DNA of 64,000 nucleotides from Octopus vulgaris. Lineage: Eukaryota. Shown in pieces: positions 1 to 12,101 of the stretch. Position numbers and translations under genes: made by a program. Under the pieces are notes generated by a model. The model searched no databases. It saw only the letters and a list, made by a program, of their open reading frames with translations, and was not told the DNA's origin. How positions within the stretch are numbered: position 1 is the stretch's first letter; each line of letters opens with the position of its first letter. The DNA is taken from the NCBI GenBank assembly GCA_951406725.2, contig OX597824.1, forward strand, positions 22,940,001 to 23,004,000, read 5' to 3'.

Positions 1-121
1 TGTGTCTGGCTTCCAATTGCTGTGTTTTTTACTGAGATCTCCCTTTTTAGTAGAAGAAATAGCTATAACTCTTTGACTGCTATTTCTAAATTCGGTCTGT
101 GGTAAGGCAATTCGTTGCTAA

Positions 122-169
<48 letters not shown>

Positions 170-189
170 GTATGTATAAGGTATACATA

Positions 190-1066
190 CAGGATATGAT
201 GGGTAAATTGTAACCATTTTATATTTTTAATTTCGTTCATTGTTTGTTTTGGATATTGTCAACTACAACTACACAGTATAGTAGTGGCAGTTGGGCACCG
301 TCTGAGAGAAAAACAGCACCATGACGCAATTCTCACTGCCAAAAATTTGGAAACGACATGCTGTGCTGTTTGGTATTCGCGCCGGAAGCTCCAATATGAA
401 CATTTCAGAGTGTTTGGATGTTAATCTGAGGACAGTGCAATCTGACGACATGTACCGAGAGTAATAAAAATCAAACATCCAGTCAACATCATAGTGTTTG
501 GAGTGATCACTTGTGATGGCGACGTTATGCTTCCATTCGTCTCCCCATACGGTCTCAGACTCAACACGGAGGCCTACATCAAGTGCCTGGAGGAGGTAGT
601 GCTACTCTGGATCAAGAGGGTGGCTGCTGGAAGACCCTATATTTGGCAACAAGACTCTGCACAATACCACACAAGTAGGAGAACTCATTCATGGCTGTCA
701 GACAGTTTCTGCTACCACATCAGGTCACTTAACTCCCCAGACTGCATTCCCCTTGATTATTATGTGTGGGGCGCAGTTGAGCCAAAGACCAACAAAACTC
801 CTTGTAACACCAAAGATGAACCGAAGGCAAGGATTTTGGCAGCATTGACCAACTTAAACAAGGAGACAGTCCAGAAGAGTTGCAGGAGATACCGAAGTCG
901 TCTGGAGGCTGTGGTTGAAGCCAATGACGATTCTATTGAATAAATTTACTCTTTAGTATTTCAAGATATTTTTATGTAATTTTTGTAAACATATATGTTA
1001 AAATGAGATGTCAGTGTTATTTTCCTTTTTGCGTAATTTAGATGACAATATATTCGCAGCACCCTG
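190..1066 (+). mobile_element. Degenerate, internally deleted Tc1/mariner element, probably maT/DD37D-type
   Basis: ORF 494-943 has WQQDSAQYH...SPDCIPLDYYVW and C-terminal RLEAVVEAND, all transposase motifs. Imperfect terminal inverted repeats (TIRs): caggatatgatgggtaaattgt after a TA, and acaatatattcgcagcaccctg. Confidence 0.8.
494..943 (+). pseudogene. Transposase catalytic-domain remnant
   Basis: QQDSA and SPD.. PLDY motifs, 33 aa apart, consistent with a small deletion in a D37D spacing. No intact N-terminus. Confidence 0.8.
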
Positions 1067-1092
1067 AGCTTCTTTCGGTTTCCGTCCACCAA

Positions 1093-1255
1093 ATCTGGAG
1101 GTGTGGTTGAAGCCAATGGCGATTCTATTGAATAAATTTGCTCTTTAGTATTTCAAGATATTTTTATGTAATTTTGCTAAATATATCTGTTACAATGAGA
1201 TGTCTGAGTTATTTTCGTTTTTGCATAATTTAGACAACATATTCACCGCACCCTC
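1093..1255 (+). mobile_element. Second copy of the 3' end and right TIR of the preceding element
   Basis: tctggag..gtggttgaagccaatg...accgcaccct closely repeats 901-1066. Confidence 0.8.
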
Positions 1256-1819
1256 TACGTACACACACACACACACACAATGTGTGTAATATATGTATAT
1301 ATGCAAGCATGAATACATGTGTAATTTTTTTCTATAGGATCTAAGCGTTTTACTTTCCTTTATAGAATCCCAGCCAGTCACAATGTGGTAAGCTTCTTTT
1401 GTTAAAATGTCAAGCCAGCGCTTTTGCTTTATGGGTTACCTGTACTGGTTGTTGCCGTGTGCATATCTGTGATCGTGTGTGTGTATGTGTGTGTGTGTGT
1501 GTGTGTGTAGGTATTCTGCATATTGTATGTAGGAGTGGACAGAATTAGCACTCGTGCAGTGGGTGTATATGTCACTTAGTGCAATCAGCATGTGGTGTGT
1601 ACAATGCTTTTGTTGAGATATTTTTATTTTTAAACTTTCACATTAGAAAAAAAGAAAAGCCGGTTTTCATCTCAGTGACATCGGAATTTGGGACAGTCTT
1701 CATTAGACAGACGTGCACCACGTATGCATCTGCATAAGTATGCATATGCAGATACATGCATGGCCCTGCATTTTCACATGGGAAGGAGTATGCTTTGATT
1801 TACTGTATGTATGTATAAA

Positions 1820-1990
1820 TAGGTGGAGGTGTGGTTGTGCGGTTGAGAAGTATGCTTCGTGACTTCTTGGTTTCGGGTTCAGTTCCATTATGCAGCACCT
1901 AAGACAAGTATCTTTTATTCTAGATACGAGCCGATCAATGCCTTGTGAATAAATTTGAAAGAGAGAAACTCTAATGAAGACTATTGTACA
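1820..1990 (+). mobile_element. Old SINE-A head/core remnant
   Basis: Diverged match to the SINE-A 5' half: gtggttgtgcggttgagaag...gggttcagttcca...gccttgtgaat. Confidence 0.6.
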
Positions 1991-2039
1991 GACACTTATA
2001 CGTATCCATCCATATATATATATATATAGTTGCTATGAT

Positions 2040-2205
2040 AGCTCGGTAGCTACTACACACATTTTTTCTCTCCTTGTTTCTTTCTGTGTTCCTGTGGAAG
2101 AGCGTAGGCTCGAAACATAAAAGACTTTTTCAATTCCCGAGCGTTATACTAATACACATCTGTTTGTTTTCTACACCACCTGTCTTTTGTTTTTTTTTTT
2201 CGTGA
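2040..2205 (+). mobile_element. PLE pseudo-LTR-like fragment with a hammerhead-like motif (2088-2123)
   Basis: ctgtgga-a-gagc-gtag-gctc-gaaa-cata-aaag. Homologous to 40030-40180. Confidence 0.55.
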
Positions 2206-2471
2206 ATATTAGGGAGTATAACTCCAAACTTACAGGGAAAAATTCAATTTAGTACTAAATCAAATTTCACAATATAAATATATAATATATATAAATTAGA
2301 GAAAAACCACCATTATGTAATTCAAACAATGATAGACATAAACCAAATCATAAAGAAAAAATAAAATATATTATAAATCATTATTATATATTGTTTATTC
2401 ATTTTTTTGTACTCTTTGTGATCTAGTTATATGTTTTATAATATATCTTACTTTTTCTTTATGATTTAGTT

Positions 2472-2531
<60 letters not shown>

Positions 2532-2553
2532 GACATTTTTCACTATTGCACTC

Positions 2554-2593
<40 letters not shown>

Positions 2594-2613
2594 AGAGTGC
2601 AATGGTGAAAAAT

Positions 2614-2803
2614 GTCGATCCGTGGAACAAGCTGCCAGACGAGATGGTGAAGATGCCGACGACCGCTTTGTTCAAAGTCTCCCTTGACCTCAAGTGGCCT
2701 GAACTCTTTACATGAACACCACCCTGTACTTAACTCCATGTCCCCCTACATGGCCTTGCTATTTGCTTTTGAGCCAAATTAACTAACTAACTAACTAACT
2801 AAC
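2614..2803 (+). mobile_element. 5'-truncated CR1-type LINE 3' end
   Basis: 2614-2715 translates VDPWNKLPDEMVKMPTTALFKVSLDLKWPELFT*, the CR1 ORF2 C-terminal WN.LP...FK..LD pattern. Short 3'UTR and (taac)n tail follow. Confidence 0.75.
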
Positions 2804-3103
2804 ATAACGTAGAGGGTTAAAAACGCTTACATGCCTAGAAATAGCAGTCAAAACCGCCATAAAGCCACTATAATCACTCATATTATTTCTCCTCAACTAT
2901 AAACGCTGTCGGTGAGCAACATGACACATAAAATTCAAAACCTAAATAAAAATAAAAGGTTAGTTTTCTATTGAAATTTCGAAGTTAGGAACCAAAAGTG
3001 GATCCATTCTACTCTTCAGGAGAACATTTCTGTACATAGATTTTACCACAAAAAAACATACCCTGGGGCTTAACATGTGTCTCGGACCAGCAATAATAAT
3101 GTA

Positions 3104-3643
3104 CAGGGTCAGGCAAAATGATGTGACACATTTGTAGGTTAAATAAAAGGCAAATGAAGTAAAGAAACAAAAAAGCGTTTTTATTTTTGAAAAGTACATA
3201 TAATGCCATTTTGTTTCACTATGTTTTAAAAATTAAATCAGTCAAATGGGATCCATTATTGTCTACACACTGTCGAAGACGTTCACGAAAGTTGTCAATA
3301 ACTCGGCGGGTCATTTCATGTGGAATGGCAGTAATTTCTTGACGAATGGCATGTGCGAGGTCGGCCGGTTGATTTTCGTTTCAATGCAGATCCAGTAGCT
3401 CTGAAGTTGGTAACCCATAACAAGATCGTGTTTCGAGCTGGTACGGGATCATGTCTACAAAGATTGAAGTGCAAACGGAACGCTCTTTATGTTGCAGTTA
3501 CAGAATCGTTTGTTTTGATAAACGTTTCCACAATGAAAGCGCGATGCTCACCAATCCAATTCATGGCAGCAACTGAAAAAGAAACGAAAAACAATGCCTT
3601 TTATTTAACCTACAAATGTGTCAGATCATTTTGCCTTACCCTG
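3104..3643 (-). mobile_element. Non-autonomous internally deleted Tc1/mariner element (rosa/DD41D-like)
   Basis: ~49 bp near-perfect TIRs (cagggtcaggcaaaatgatgtgacacatttgtagg... / ...cctacaaatgtgtcagatcattttgccttaccctg) with TA on both sides. The minus strand encodes MNWIGEHRAFIVETF...STGRPR fused to AIRQEITAIP...RLRQCVDNNGSHL. Confidence 0.85.
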
Positions 3644-3902
3644 TATAACCGTCTATCTACACAATTCAAATTGTGAATTCAAACGTCATACACAGCGTTT
3701 GTAAGAGGAGACCAGTTCAACGAGCAACTGCGAAAAACCGGATATGAATGAAAAATAAATAAAAGAGAAATGAATGTAAAAATATACATTACACAGGATA
3801 TATTATAGACAATTCAAAATTATCCACAAATATATCAGTGGCCAGAACATGGGCCACTGATATATTCGTGGATAATTGTCTACAATATATCCTGCAGACA
3901 TA

Positions 3903-4129
3903 TACTCTCTTTTAGTCTTTTACTTGTATCAGTCATTTGACTGCGGCCATGCTGCAGCACCGCCTTTAGTCGAGCACATCGACCCCAGGACTTATTCTTT
4001 GTAAGCCTAGTACTTATTCTATCGGTCTCACTTTTGCTGAACCGCTAAGTTTCGGGGACGTAAACACACCAGCATCGGTTGTCAAGCAATGTTGGGGGGG
4101 GAGAAACACAGACACACAAACATATACAA

Positions 4130-4186
<57 letters not shown>

Positions 4187-4344
4187 CGACGGGCTTCTTT
4201 CAATCTACCAAATCCAGTCACAAGGCTTTGATTGGCACGAAGCTATTGTAGAAGACACTTGCCCAAGGTGCCACGCAGTGGGACTGAACCCGGAACCATG
4301 TAGTTAGCAAGCAAGCTACTTACCACTCAGCCTCTCCTACGCCT
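3903..4344 (-). mobile_element. SINE-A (tRNA head, CORE-like ccttgggcaagt, internal microsatellite, (aaagagt)n tail)
   Basis: Matches many other copies in the window. A-box-like tggctgtgtgg and B-box-like ggttcagtcc. Confidence 0.85.
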
Positions 4345-4391
4345 GTACATATATACACATGGAGAGAGAGAGAGAGAGAAAGAACAATAAG

Positions 4392-4457
<66 letters not shown>

Positions 4458-4486
4458 TTATACACATACATTCATACATGCATATC

Positions 4487-4546
<60 letters not shown>

Positions 4547-4679
4547 CCTTTCTTTCGTTCGTTCTTTCTACCTATAATTATTAAGAAAGATAGTAGAATG
4601 AACAAATTGTTTCATTATATACATTTACAATTGTTTCACCGACATCCGAACTTAAGAGTATAGGTGTATTATTCGTGGA

Positions 4680-5030
4680 ACTCCATCGGTTACGACGACG
4701 AGGGTTCCAGTTGATCTGATCCACGGAACAGCCTGCTCGTGAAATTAACGTGCAAGTGGTTGAGCACTCCACAATCAGGGAGATTCAGCATGACACAGAG
4801 TGTGACAAGGCTGCCCTTTGAAATACAAGTACAACAGAAACAGGAAGAAAGAGTAAGAGAAAGTTGTGGTGAAAGAGTACAGCAGGGTTCACTACCGCCC
4901 TCTGACAGAGCCTCGGGGTGTTTTAGGTATTTTTGCTCAATAAACACTCACAGCGTTCGGCCAGGGAATCGAAACCGCGATCCTACGACTGCGGGTCCGC
5001 TCTCCTAATCACTGGGCTATTGCGCCCCAC
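4680..5030 (-). mobile_element. SINE-C with tail 1
   Basis: Reverse complement of the 48236-48619 family. Confidence 0.8.
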
Positions 5031-5329
5031 GCTGTATTATTACATAGTATATGCCACTATAGACCCACTGAGTGTTCGAATGGAATTCCTATACATATAT
5101 ACATACATACATACATACATACATACATACATACATACATACATACATACATACATACACACACACATATCGTTATATACATAAATAGGTTCAGTCCCAC
5201 GGTGTTCAACTATAACCACAAGCTGACGAAAGCCTTGTGAGTGGATTCGGTAGACGGAAAGCGAAAGAATCTCGTCGTATGCACACACACACTCGCGCGC
5301 GCGCGCACATACACACGTGTGTGTGTGTC

Positions 5330-5720
5330 TTCTTTTATTCTTTTATTTGTTTCAGGTTTTTAACGGCGGCCATGCTGGAGCATCACCTTAAAGGATTTTA
5401 GTCGAACAAATCGAGAGCCCAGGACTTAGTCTTTGTAAGCCTATTAGACGCCTTTTGCCGAACCGCAAAGTTACAGGGACGTAAACACACCAACATCGGT
5501 TTTCAAGCGATGGGGGAGACAAACAACAGACATACACACATTATATATATATATATATATGAACACATACGACGGGGTTCTTTCAGTTTCTGTCTTCCAG
5601 ATCCACTCACAAAGCAGTATTCGGCCCGAGACTATAGTAGAAAACACTTGCCTTAGCTACAACGAGGTGAGACCGAACCCCGAACCATGTGGTCGGGAAG
5701 CATACTTCTTACCACAAAGC
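5330..5720 (-). mobile_element. Diverged SINE-A
   Basis: Similarity to SINE-A across tail, microsatellite and head. Confidence 0.75.
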
Positions 5721-5750
5721 CTAGCTCTCTCTCTCACTCTCTCTCTCTCT

Positions 5751-5797
<47 letters not shown>

Positions 5798-6190
5798 TGT
5801 ATGTACGTTTGCATACACATGCATACACTATCACATATGAATATAATTGAATTCGAATAAGTGTAAGTATATTAATTCCTTATGCATATGTATATACACA
5901 CATATACATACATACATGCACACACACATACATCTATGCATACATGTGTATTCTGCCAAATACGCACGCACGCACACATGCACACAACGGTGCACATTTC
6001 CTTTATAATGGCTTTAAAGTTTAGTAACTCACGATGAAATAATACTGATGCATGAATTATCTCCCTTAAATTAGCATGCACTTGTCAGAGAGTTAACAGA
6101 TTTGTATTCCGTTCTATGTATGTATGTATGTATGTATGTATGTATGTATGTATGTATGTATGTATGTAGGTATGTATGTATGTATGTATG

Positions 6191-6260
<70 letters not shown>

Positions 6261-6277
6261 CCTATCTATCTATCTAT

Positions 6278-6514
6278 CTTTTCTTTTGTTCCTTTTCCTT
6301 TTTCTTTTTTTTTCTTTTTCTTTTTTCTTTTTTATTTTATTTATTTTTTTTTTTTCGTTCTTTTCTTCCCTTTTACGATCCCTCTTGATCGAAAACCTAC
6401 GCCACCCCTTTTTTTTGTTTCTTTTGTTTTTTGTTTTTTTCATCCCCCAAAAGAAAAGCTCTACCTTGTAACTTGTCCCATCTGTGTGCAGCCCTGTGTG
6501 GCCAATAAAGAAAC
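6278..6514 (+). mobile_element. LINE-like 3'UTR fragment inserted in a (TATC)n array
   Basis: T-rich sequence ending gccctgtgtggccaataaagaaa, with (tatc)n on both sides. Confidence 0.5.
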
Positions 6515-6569
<55 letters not shown>

Positions 6570-6570
6570 C

Positions 6571-6646
<76 letters not shown>

Positions 6647-6699
6647 GCAGATAACAGATAGATATTTACATACTTTAAAGCTATTCCCCTCTCAACGCT

Positions 6700-6938
6700 C
6701 CATAGGCGGCTGAAGAAGGGGAATATTCCTTTGTATTGTATGTCCTGTACTCTATTTTTTTCGTTGTTTAAGAAAAATGTCCATTTCCTTGGTTTTGTGT
6801 TTATGTTTTTGTTTCTCATTGTGTTCGACGTTTTTTTTTTGGTGTCCTGTACCCATATATGCATGTATATATACATATAAATGTATGTACTTACATATAT
6901 GTATGTATATATGCACATGTTTTATTTATTAATTTGTT

Positions 6939-6940
<2 letters not shown>
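6700..6940 (+). repeat. Interspersed repeat, possibly a PLE pseudo-LTR; other copies at ~15918-16175 and ~46848-47095
   Basis: Three copies share ctgaagaagggg...gtcctgtactctattttttt...gtttctcattgtgttc...gtcctgtacccatatatgc. Confidence 0.65.
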
Positions 6941-6974
<34 letters not shown>

Positions 6975-6980
<6 letters not shown>

Positions 6981-7336
6981 TATTCTTTTACTTGTGTCGG
7001 ACATTTAACTGCAGCTATGATGGAGCACCGCCTTTAGTCGAATAAATTGACCCCTGGACTTATTCTTTGTAAGCTTAGCACTTATTCTTTCCTTCTTTTT
7101 TTGGCGAACCGCTAAGTTACGGGAACGTAAACACACCAGCATCGGTTGTCAAGTGATGATGGATGGGGGAAGCGCAGACACACTACAAGCGTCTTTCAGC
7201 TTCCGTCTAGCAAATCCACCCATAAGACTTTGGTGAGTCCGAGGTTATAATGAAGAGACTTGCCCAAGGTGTCATGCAGTAGGATTGAACCCGGAACCAT
7301 ATGGTTCCGGGTATCACATACCCACTCCTGCGCCTA
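6975..7336 (-). mobile_element. Diverged SINE-A
   Basis: Family match. Confidence 0.75.
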
Positions 7337-7367
7337 TATCTATCTAGAATGTATATATATATATATA

Positions 7368-7584
7368 TACTCTTTACTCTTTACTCTTTTACTTGTTTCA
7401 GTCATTTGACTGCGGCCATGCTGGAGCACCGCCTTTAGTCGAGCAAATCGACCCCGGGACTTATTCTTTGTAAACCCAGTACTTATTCTATCGGTCTCTT
7501 TTGCCGAACCGCTAAGTGACGGGGACGTAAACACACCAGCATCGGTTGTCAAGCAATGCTAGAAGGACAAACACAGACACACAA

Positions 7585-7617
<33 letters not shown>

Positions 7618-7786
7618 CATATCTACGACAGGCTTATTTCAGTTTCCGTCTACCAAATCCACTCACAAGGCATTGGACGGCCCGGGGCTATAGCAGAAGA
7701 CACTTGCCCAAGATGTCACGCAGTGGGACTGAACCCGAAACCATGTGGTTGGTAAGCAAGCTACTTACCACACAGCCACTCCTGCG

Positions 7787-7789
<3 letters not shown>
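7368..7789 (-). mobile_element. SINE-A, young copy within (TA)n
   Basis: Full-length family match with TA tracts on both flanks. Confidence 0.9.
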
Positions 7790-7821
<32 letters not shown>

Positions 7822-7826
<5 letters not shown>

Positions 7827-7988
7827 GCCCCTGACCCACTTCCCATTGCAGTAGAGCAACGAAACTTGGCACAGTTATTAGTCTTTTTCTACGTAGGAAC
7901 CACCTAGAGTTATGCATTTCTCCCATTGTTTGATGCAGCTCTGGAGACCGTTTTTTTAGAAGACCCCAGGTTGGTCCTCCAACCACGA
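7822..7988 (-). mobile_element. Inverted partial copy of the right end of the adjacent mariner
   Basis: Near-identical reverse complement of ~9268-9433. Confidence 0.9.
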
Positions 7989-8177
7989 TATATATATATA
8001 TATATATAAACACATACGCATATATTCATAAATGTATGTATGTGTACTTTATCTAAATGCAGCAGAAATAAGTTATATTTCTGTTGCTTTTAAATAAAGC
8101 ATATTTCTCTATCTCTGGTATTTGAGTACTTTTTTTCCACCTTGTTTCACATTTATATGCTCACTCGGGTATATGTA

Positions 8178-9450
8178 CGAGGGACGTTCAATAAGTAATG
8201 CTCCTAACCCACTTGCAGTTGTTTGATCTAGCTGAAATTTTGCATGTGCAATTATTTATATCTCTAAGGATTAAGTGTAAAATTACAGCTCTGAATTAAT
8301 TGTGGTTTCTGATTTACAGGTGTTTGAACTGAGTCAAGTGTGAAATGGAGTGTCGAGCAGTGATCCGGTTTTTGTATTTGAAAGGACGTACACCATGGGA
8401 GACTTTTGATGAAATGAAAATAACTTATGGTGATGATGCCCCATCATATGACCTTGTAAAACGCTGGCATCGTGAATTCAAACATGGTCGGAATCCTGTG
8501 GAAACAGCTCCCAGATCTGGTCGCCCCTTCTGCCATTGATGAGGCATCTGTCCGTCAAGTTGAGGCTGCCATTTTGGAAGATCGACGCATAACTATTCGC
8601 CAAATAGCCCATGAGGTCAAGATTAGTACCGGGCCTGTGGAAACTATCATTCATGACCATTTGCATGTGCAAAAGCTGTCTGCCAGATGGATTCCCAGGT
8701 TGCTCACACTTTTCCAGAAGCAAGAACGCGTCGAGTGCTCGACGATGAATTTGGAGATGTGCCAAGAAGATGAGTCAACATTTTTCAAAAGACTGATTAC
8801 ACAGGATGAAACCTGGGTCCATCACTATGATCTAGAGACCAAGGCCCAGTCAATGCAGTAGAAGCACCGTGACTCACCTCTTCCAAAGAAGGCAAGGTTG
8901 CAGCCATCCGCTGGCAAGGTCATGCTTACAGTCTTCTGGGACCAGGACGGAGTAGTGATGACAGATTTCCTGGCAAAGGGTACCACAGTTACAGGAGCCT
9001 ATTATGCTTCACTTTTGAGGAAATTAAGAGAAGCTATCAAAATCAAGAGGCGGGGCAAGATCAGCAAAGGCATCCTCCTCCTGCAAGACAACGCTCCGGT
9101 CAACAACTCGCGTGTCACCAGGTCAGAAGCACAGGCGTGCGGCTATGAACTCCTCCCCCATTTTTCCTGACCTTGCACCCTCTGATTTTCACCTCTTCCC
9201 AGTCATGAAGTTGTTTTTGAAAGGAAAGCGTTTCCCAGATGATGCAGCCTTGATTTCTGAAGTCACGTCGTGGTTGGAGGACCAACCTGGGGTCTTCTAA
9301 AAAACGGTCTCCAGAGCTGCATCAAACAACGGGAGAAATGCATAACTCTAGGTGGTTCCTATGTAGAAAAAGACTAATAACTGTGCCAAGTTTCGTTGCT
9401 CTACTGCAATGGGAAGTGGGTCAGGGGCATTACTTATTGAACGCCCCTCG
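8178..9450 (+). mobile_element. Near full-length mariner (DD34D) element, 1273 bp
   Basis: TIRs cgagggacgttcaataagtaatgc / gcattacttattgaacgcccctcg, with TA on both sides. Confidence 0.95.
8345..9380 (+). pseudogene. Frameshifted mariner transposase
   Basis: Motifs ECRAVIRFL, WIPRLL, TQDETWVHHY, KVMLTVFWD, LLQDNA and DLAPSDFHLF are spread over four ORF pieces with stops. Confidence 0.92.
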
Positions 9451-9857
<407 letters not shown>

Positions 9858-10133
9858 AGGGGAGAGTTTCAGGCCTTACATATATAGGGGAGAGACAGAG
9901 GGGGAAAAAAGGGATTGGGCAACTTTAAAGTTTCCGATCTTTAAAAACACAAAGAAAGACGTTGATGGGATCAGTTAGACTCCGATGCAAAAACCGGTTT
10001 TGCTGACTAAGTCTAGCGCTAAAGTGGTTTCTGTACTAAATGGATTAGTACCCTTACATATCTTTTAATCTTTTATCTTCTTTACTTGTTTCATTCATTA
10101 GACTGCGCCCAAGCAGAGGCCCTGCCTTGAAGA

Positions 10134-10193
<60 letters not shown>

Positions 10194-10290
10194 GTCTGCC
10201 TCAGTGTCTCTATCTATCTATCTTTCTATCTATCTATCTATCTATTTCTTTCAGTACTTACCTGCATACTTACACCCACACGCGCACATA

Positions 10291-10398
<108 letters not shown>

Positions 10399-10547
10399 TA
10401 TCCAACCCAATCCAGCATGAAAAACGGACGTTAAATATTAATGATGATGCTGATGATAATGATGATGACGATAATGAATGATTATGATGATGATGATAAC
10501 GATGATGATGATGTTGATGATGTTGATGATGCTATACATTCGTGAAT

Positions 10548-10790
10548 ATATGCAAGGTTCATTCCAGAAGTTTTCAGATTTTTCAGGGGAAGACTTTTTT
10601 AATCTCAAAGAAGAACAAATCTAATTTCTTTCAAAGTAGAGTCCTTTGGCTTCAATGCACTTTGAGCGCTACTGGCACTTTGCGAAGGTCCCGTGGACGC
10701 CCTCCAGAGTGAAGGTACCCAGAATCCTTGTCGCTGCCTCCTTTACCTTCTGCTTGGGAAAAATCTTCGTCTTTGGAGGATGTCAGGATG
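10548..10790 (-). mobile_element. Mariner 3' remnant
   Basis: Minus strand reads KCIEAKGLYFERN*, a mariner C-terminus, followed by a degenerate TIR. Confidence 0.55.
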
Positions 10791-10859
10791 GAACCAAAGG
10801 TAGCATCATCTGCATAAAAGTAGGTTTTTCTTGGATCTGATGGCAAGTGAGTCTATAAA

Positions 10860-11447
10860 ATATAAGTCATTTATCGACCCCGAACGGATGAAAGTTGACC
10901 TCGGTGGAATTTGAACTCAGAAGAGTAAAGACGTACGAAAAACCGCTAAACAATTTGCCCGGTGTGCTAATAGTTCTGGCAGCTTGCCGCCTGAAGAAGA
11001 AGAAGAAGAAGAAGAAGAAGAAGAAGAAGAAGAAGAAGAAGAAGAAGAAGAAGAAGAAGAAGAAGAAGAAACAGAAAAAGAAGAAAAATAAGAAAAAGAA
11101 GAAAAAGAAAAAGAAGAAGAAGAAAAAGAAGAAGAAAAAGAAGAAGAAAAGAAGAAGAAAATGAAGAAGAAAAAGAAGAAAAAGAAAAAGAAAAAGAAGA
11201 AAAAGAAGAAGAAGAACAAGAAGAACAAGAACAACAACAACAACAACAACAACAGCAACAACAACAACACTTCTTTCTTCTATAGGCACAAGGACTGAAA
11301 CTTGTGGGGAGGGGACCAGTCGATTAGACCGACACCAGTACGTAACAGGTATTTAATTTATTGACCCCGAAAGGATGAAAGACAAAGTCGACCACGTCAG
11401 AATTTGAACTCAGAAATTACCGCTAAGCATTTTGTACCGCCAAGCCT

Positions 11448-11493
<46 letters not shown>

Positions 11494-12101
11494 TATTTCA
11501 TTATTGCTCACAGGGGGCTAAACATAGAGGGAACAAACAAGGACAAAGGGATTAAGTTGATTACATCGACCCCAGTGCGTAACTGGTATCTATTTAATCG
11601 ACACCAAAAGGATGAAAGGCAAAGTAGACCTCAGCAGATTCGAACTCAGAACGTAACGGCAGACGAAATACCTATTTCTTTATTACCCACAAGGGGCTAA
11701 ACACAGAGGGGACAAACAAGGACAGACATAGGTATTAAGTCGATTACAATGACCCCAGTGCGTAACTGGTACTTAATTTATCGACCCCGAAAGGATGAAA
11801 GGCAAAGTCGACCTCGGCGGAATTTGAACTCACAACGTAACGGCAGACGAAATACCGCTAAGCATTTCACCTGGCGTGCTAACGTTTCTGCCAGCTCGCC
11901 ACAAGGCCATTAATTTCGTTGCGGAAGAGGATAAGTCGATTACATCGACCTCAGCGCTCAACAGGTACTTATTTTAACGGCCCTGAAAGGATTAAAGGCA
12001 AAGTCAACCTCGACAGTATTTGAACTTAGAACGTAAAGACAGACGAAGTGCCGCCAAGCATTTTGCCCGTCGTACTAGCAAATTCTGCCAGCTCGCCGCC
12101 T
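10860..12101 (-). mobile_element. Cluster of SINE-B units (monomers plus a dimer at ~11493-11900) separated by (AAG)n/(AAC)n/(AAT)n tracts
   Basis: Repeated atcgaccccgaaaggatgaaaggcaaagtcgacctcggcggaatttgaactc blocks. Confidence 0.85.

Noticed and set aside
2960-3025. Minus-strand ctgaaga...gaaatttc hammerhead-like words
   Set aside because: Helix I does not pair; at best a decayed PLE remnant.
3882-3895. 14 nt match (gcaggatatattgt on minus) to the Agrobacterium T-DNA border core
   Set aside because: Short AT-rich match inside a hairpin arm, with no bacterial context.
8345-9380. Active or domesticated (SETMAR-like) transposase
   Set aside because: Multiple frameshifts and stops, and no SET domain or other fusion partner.
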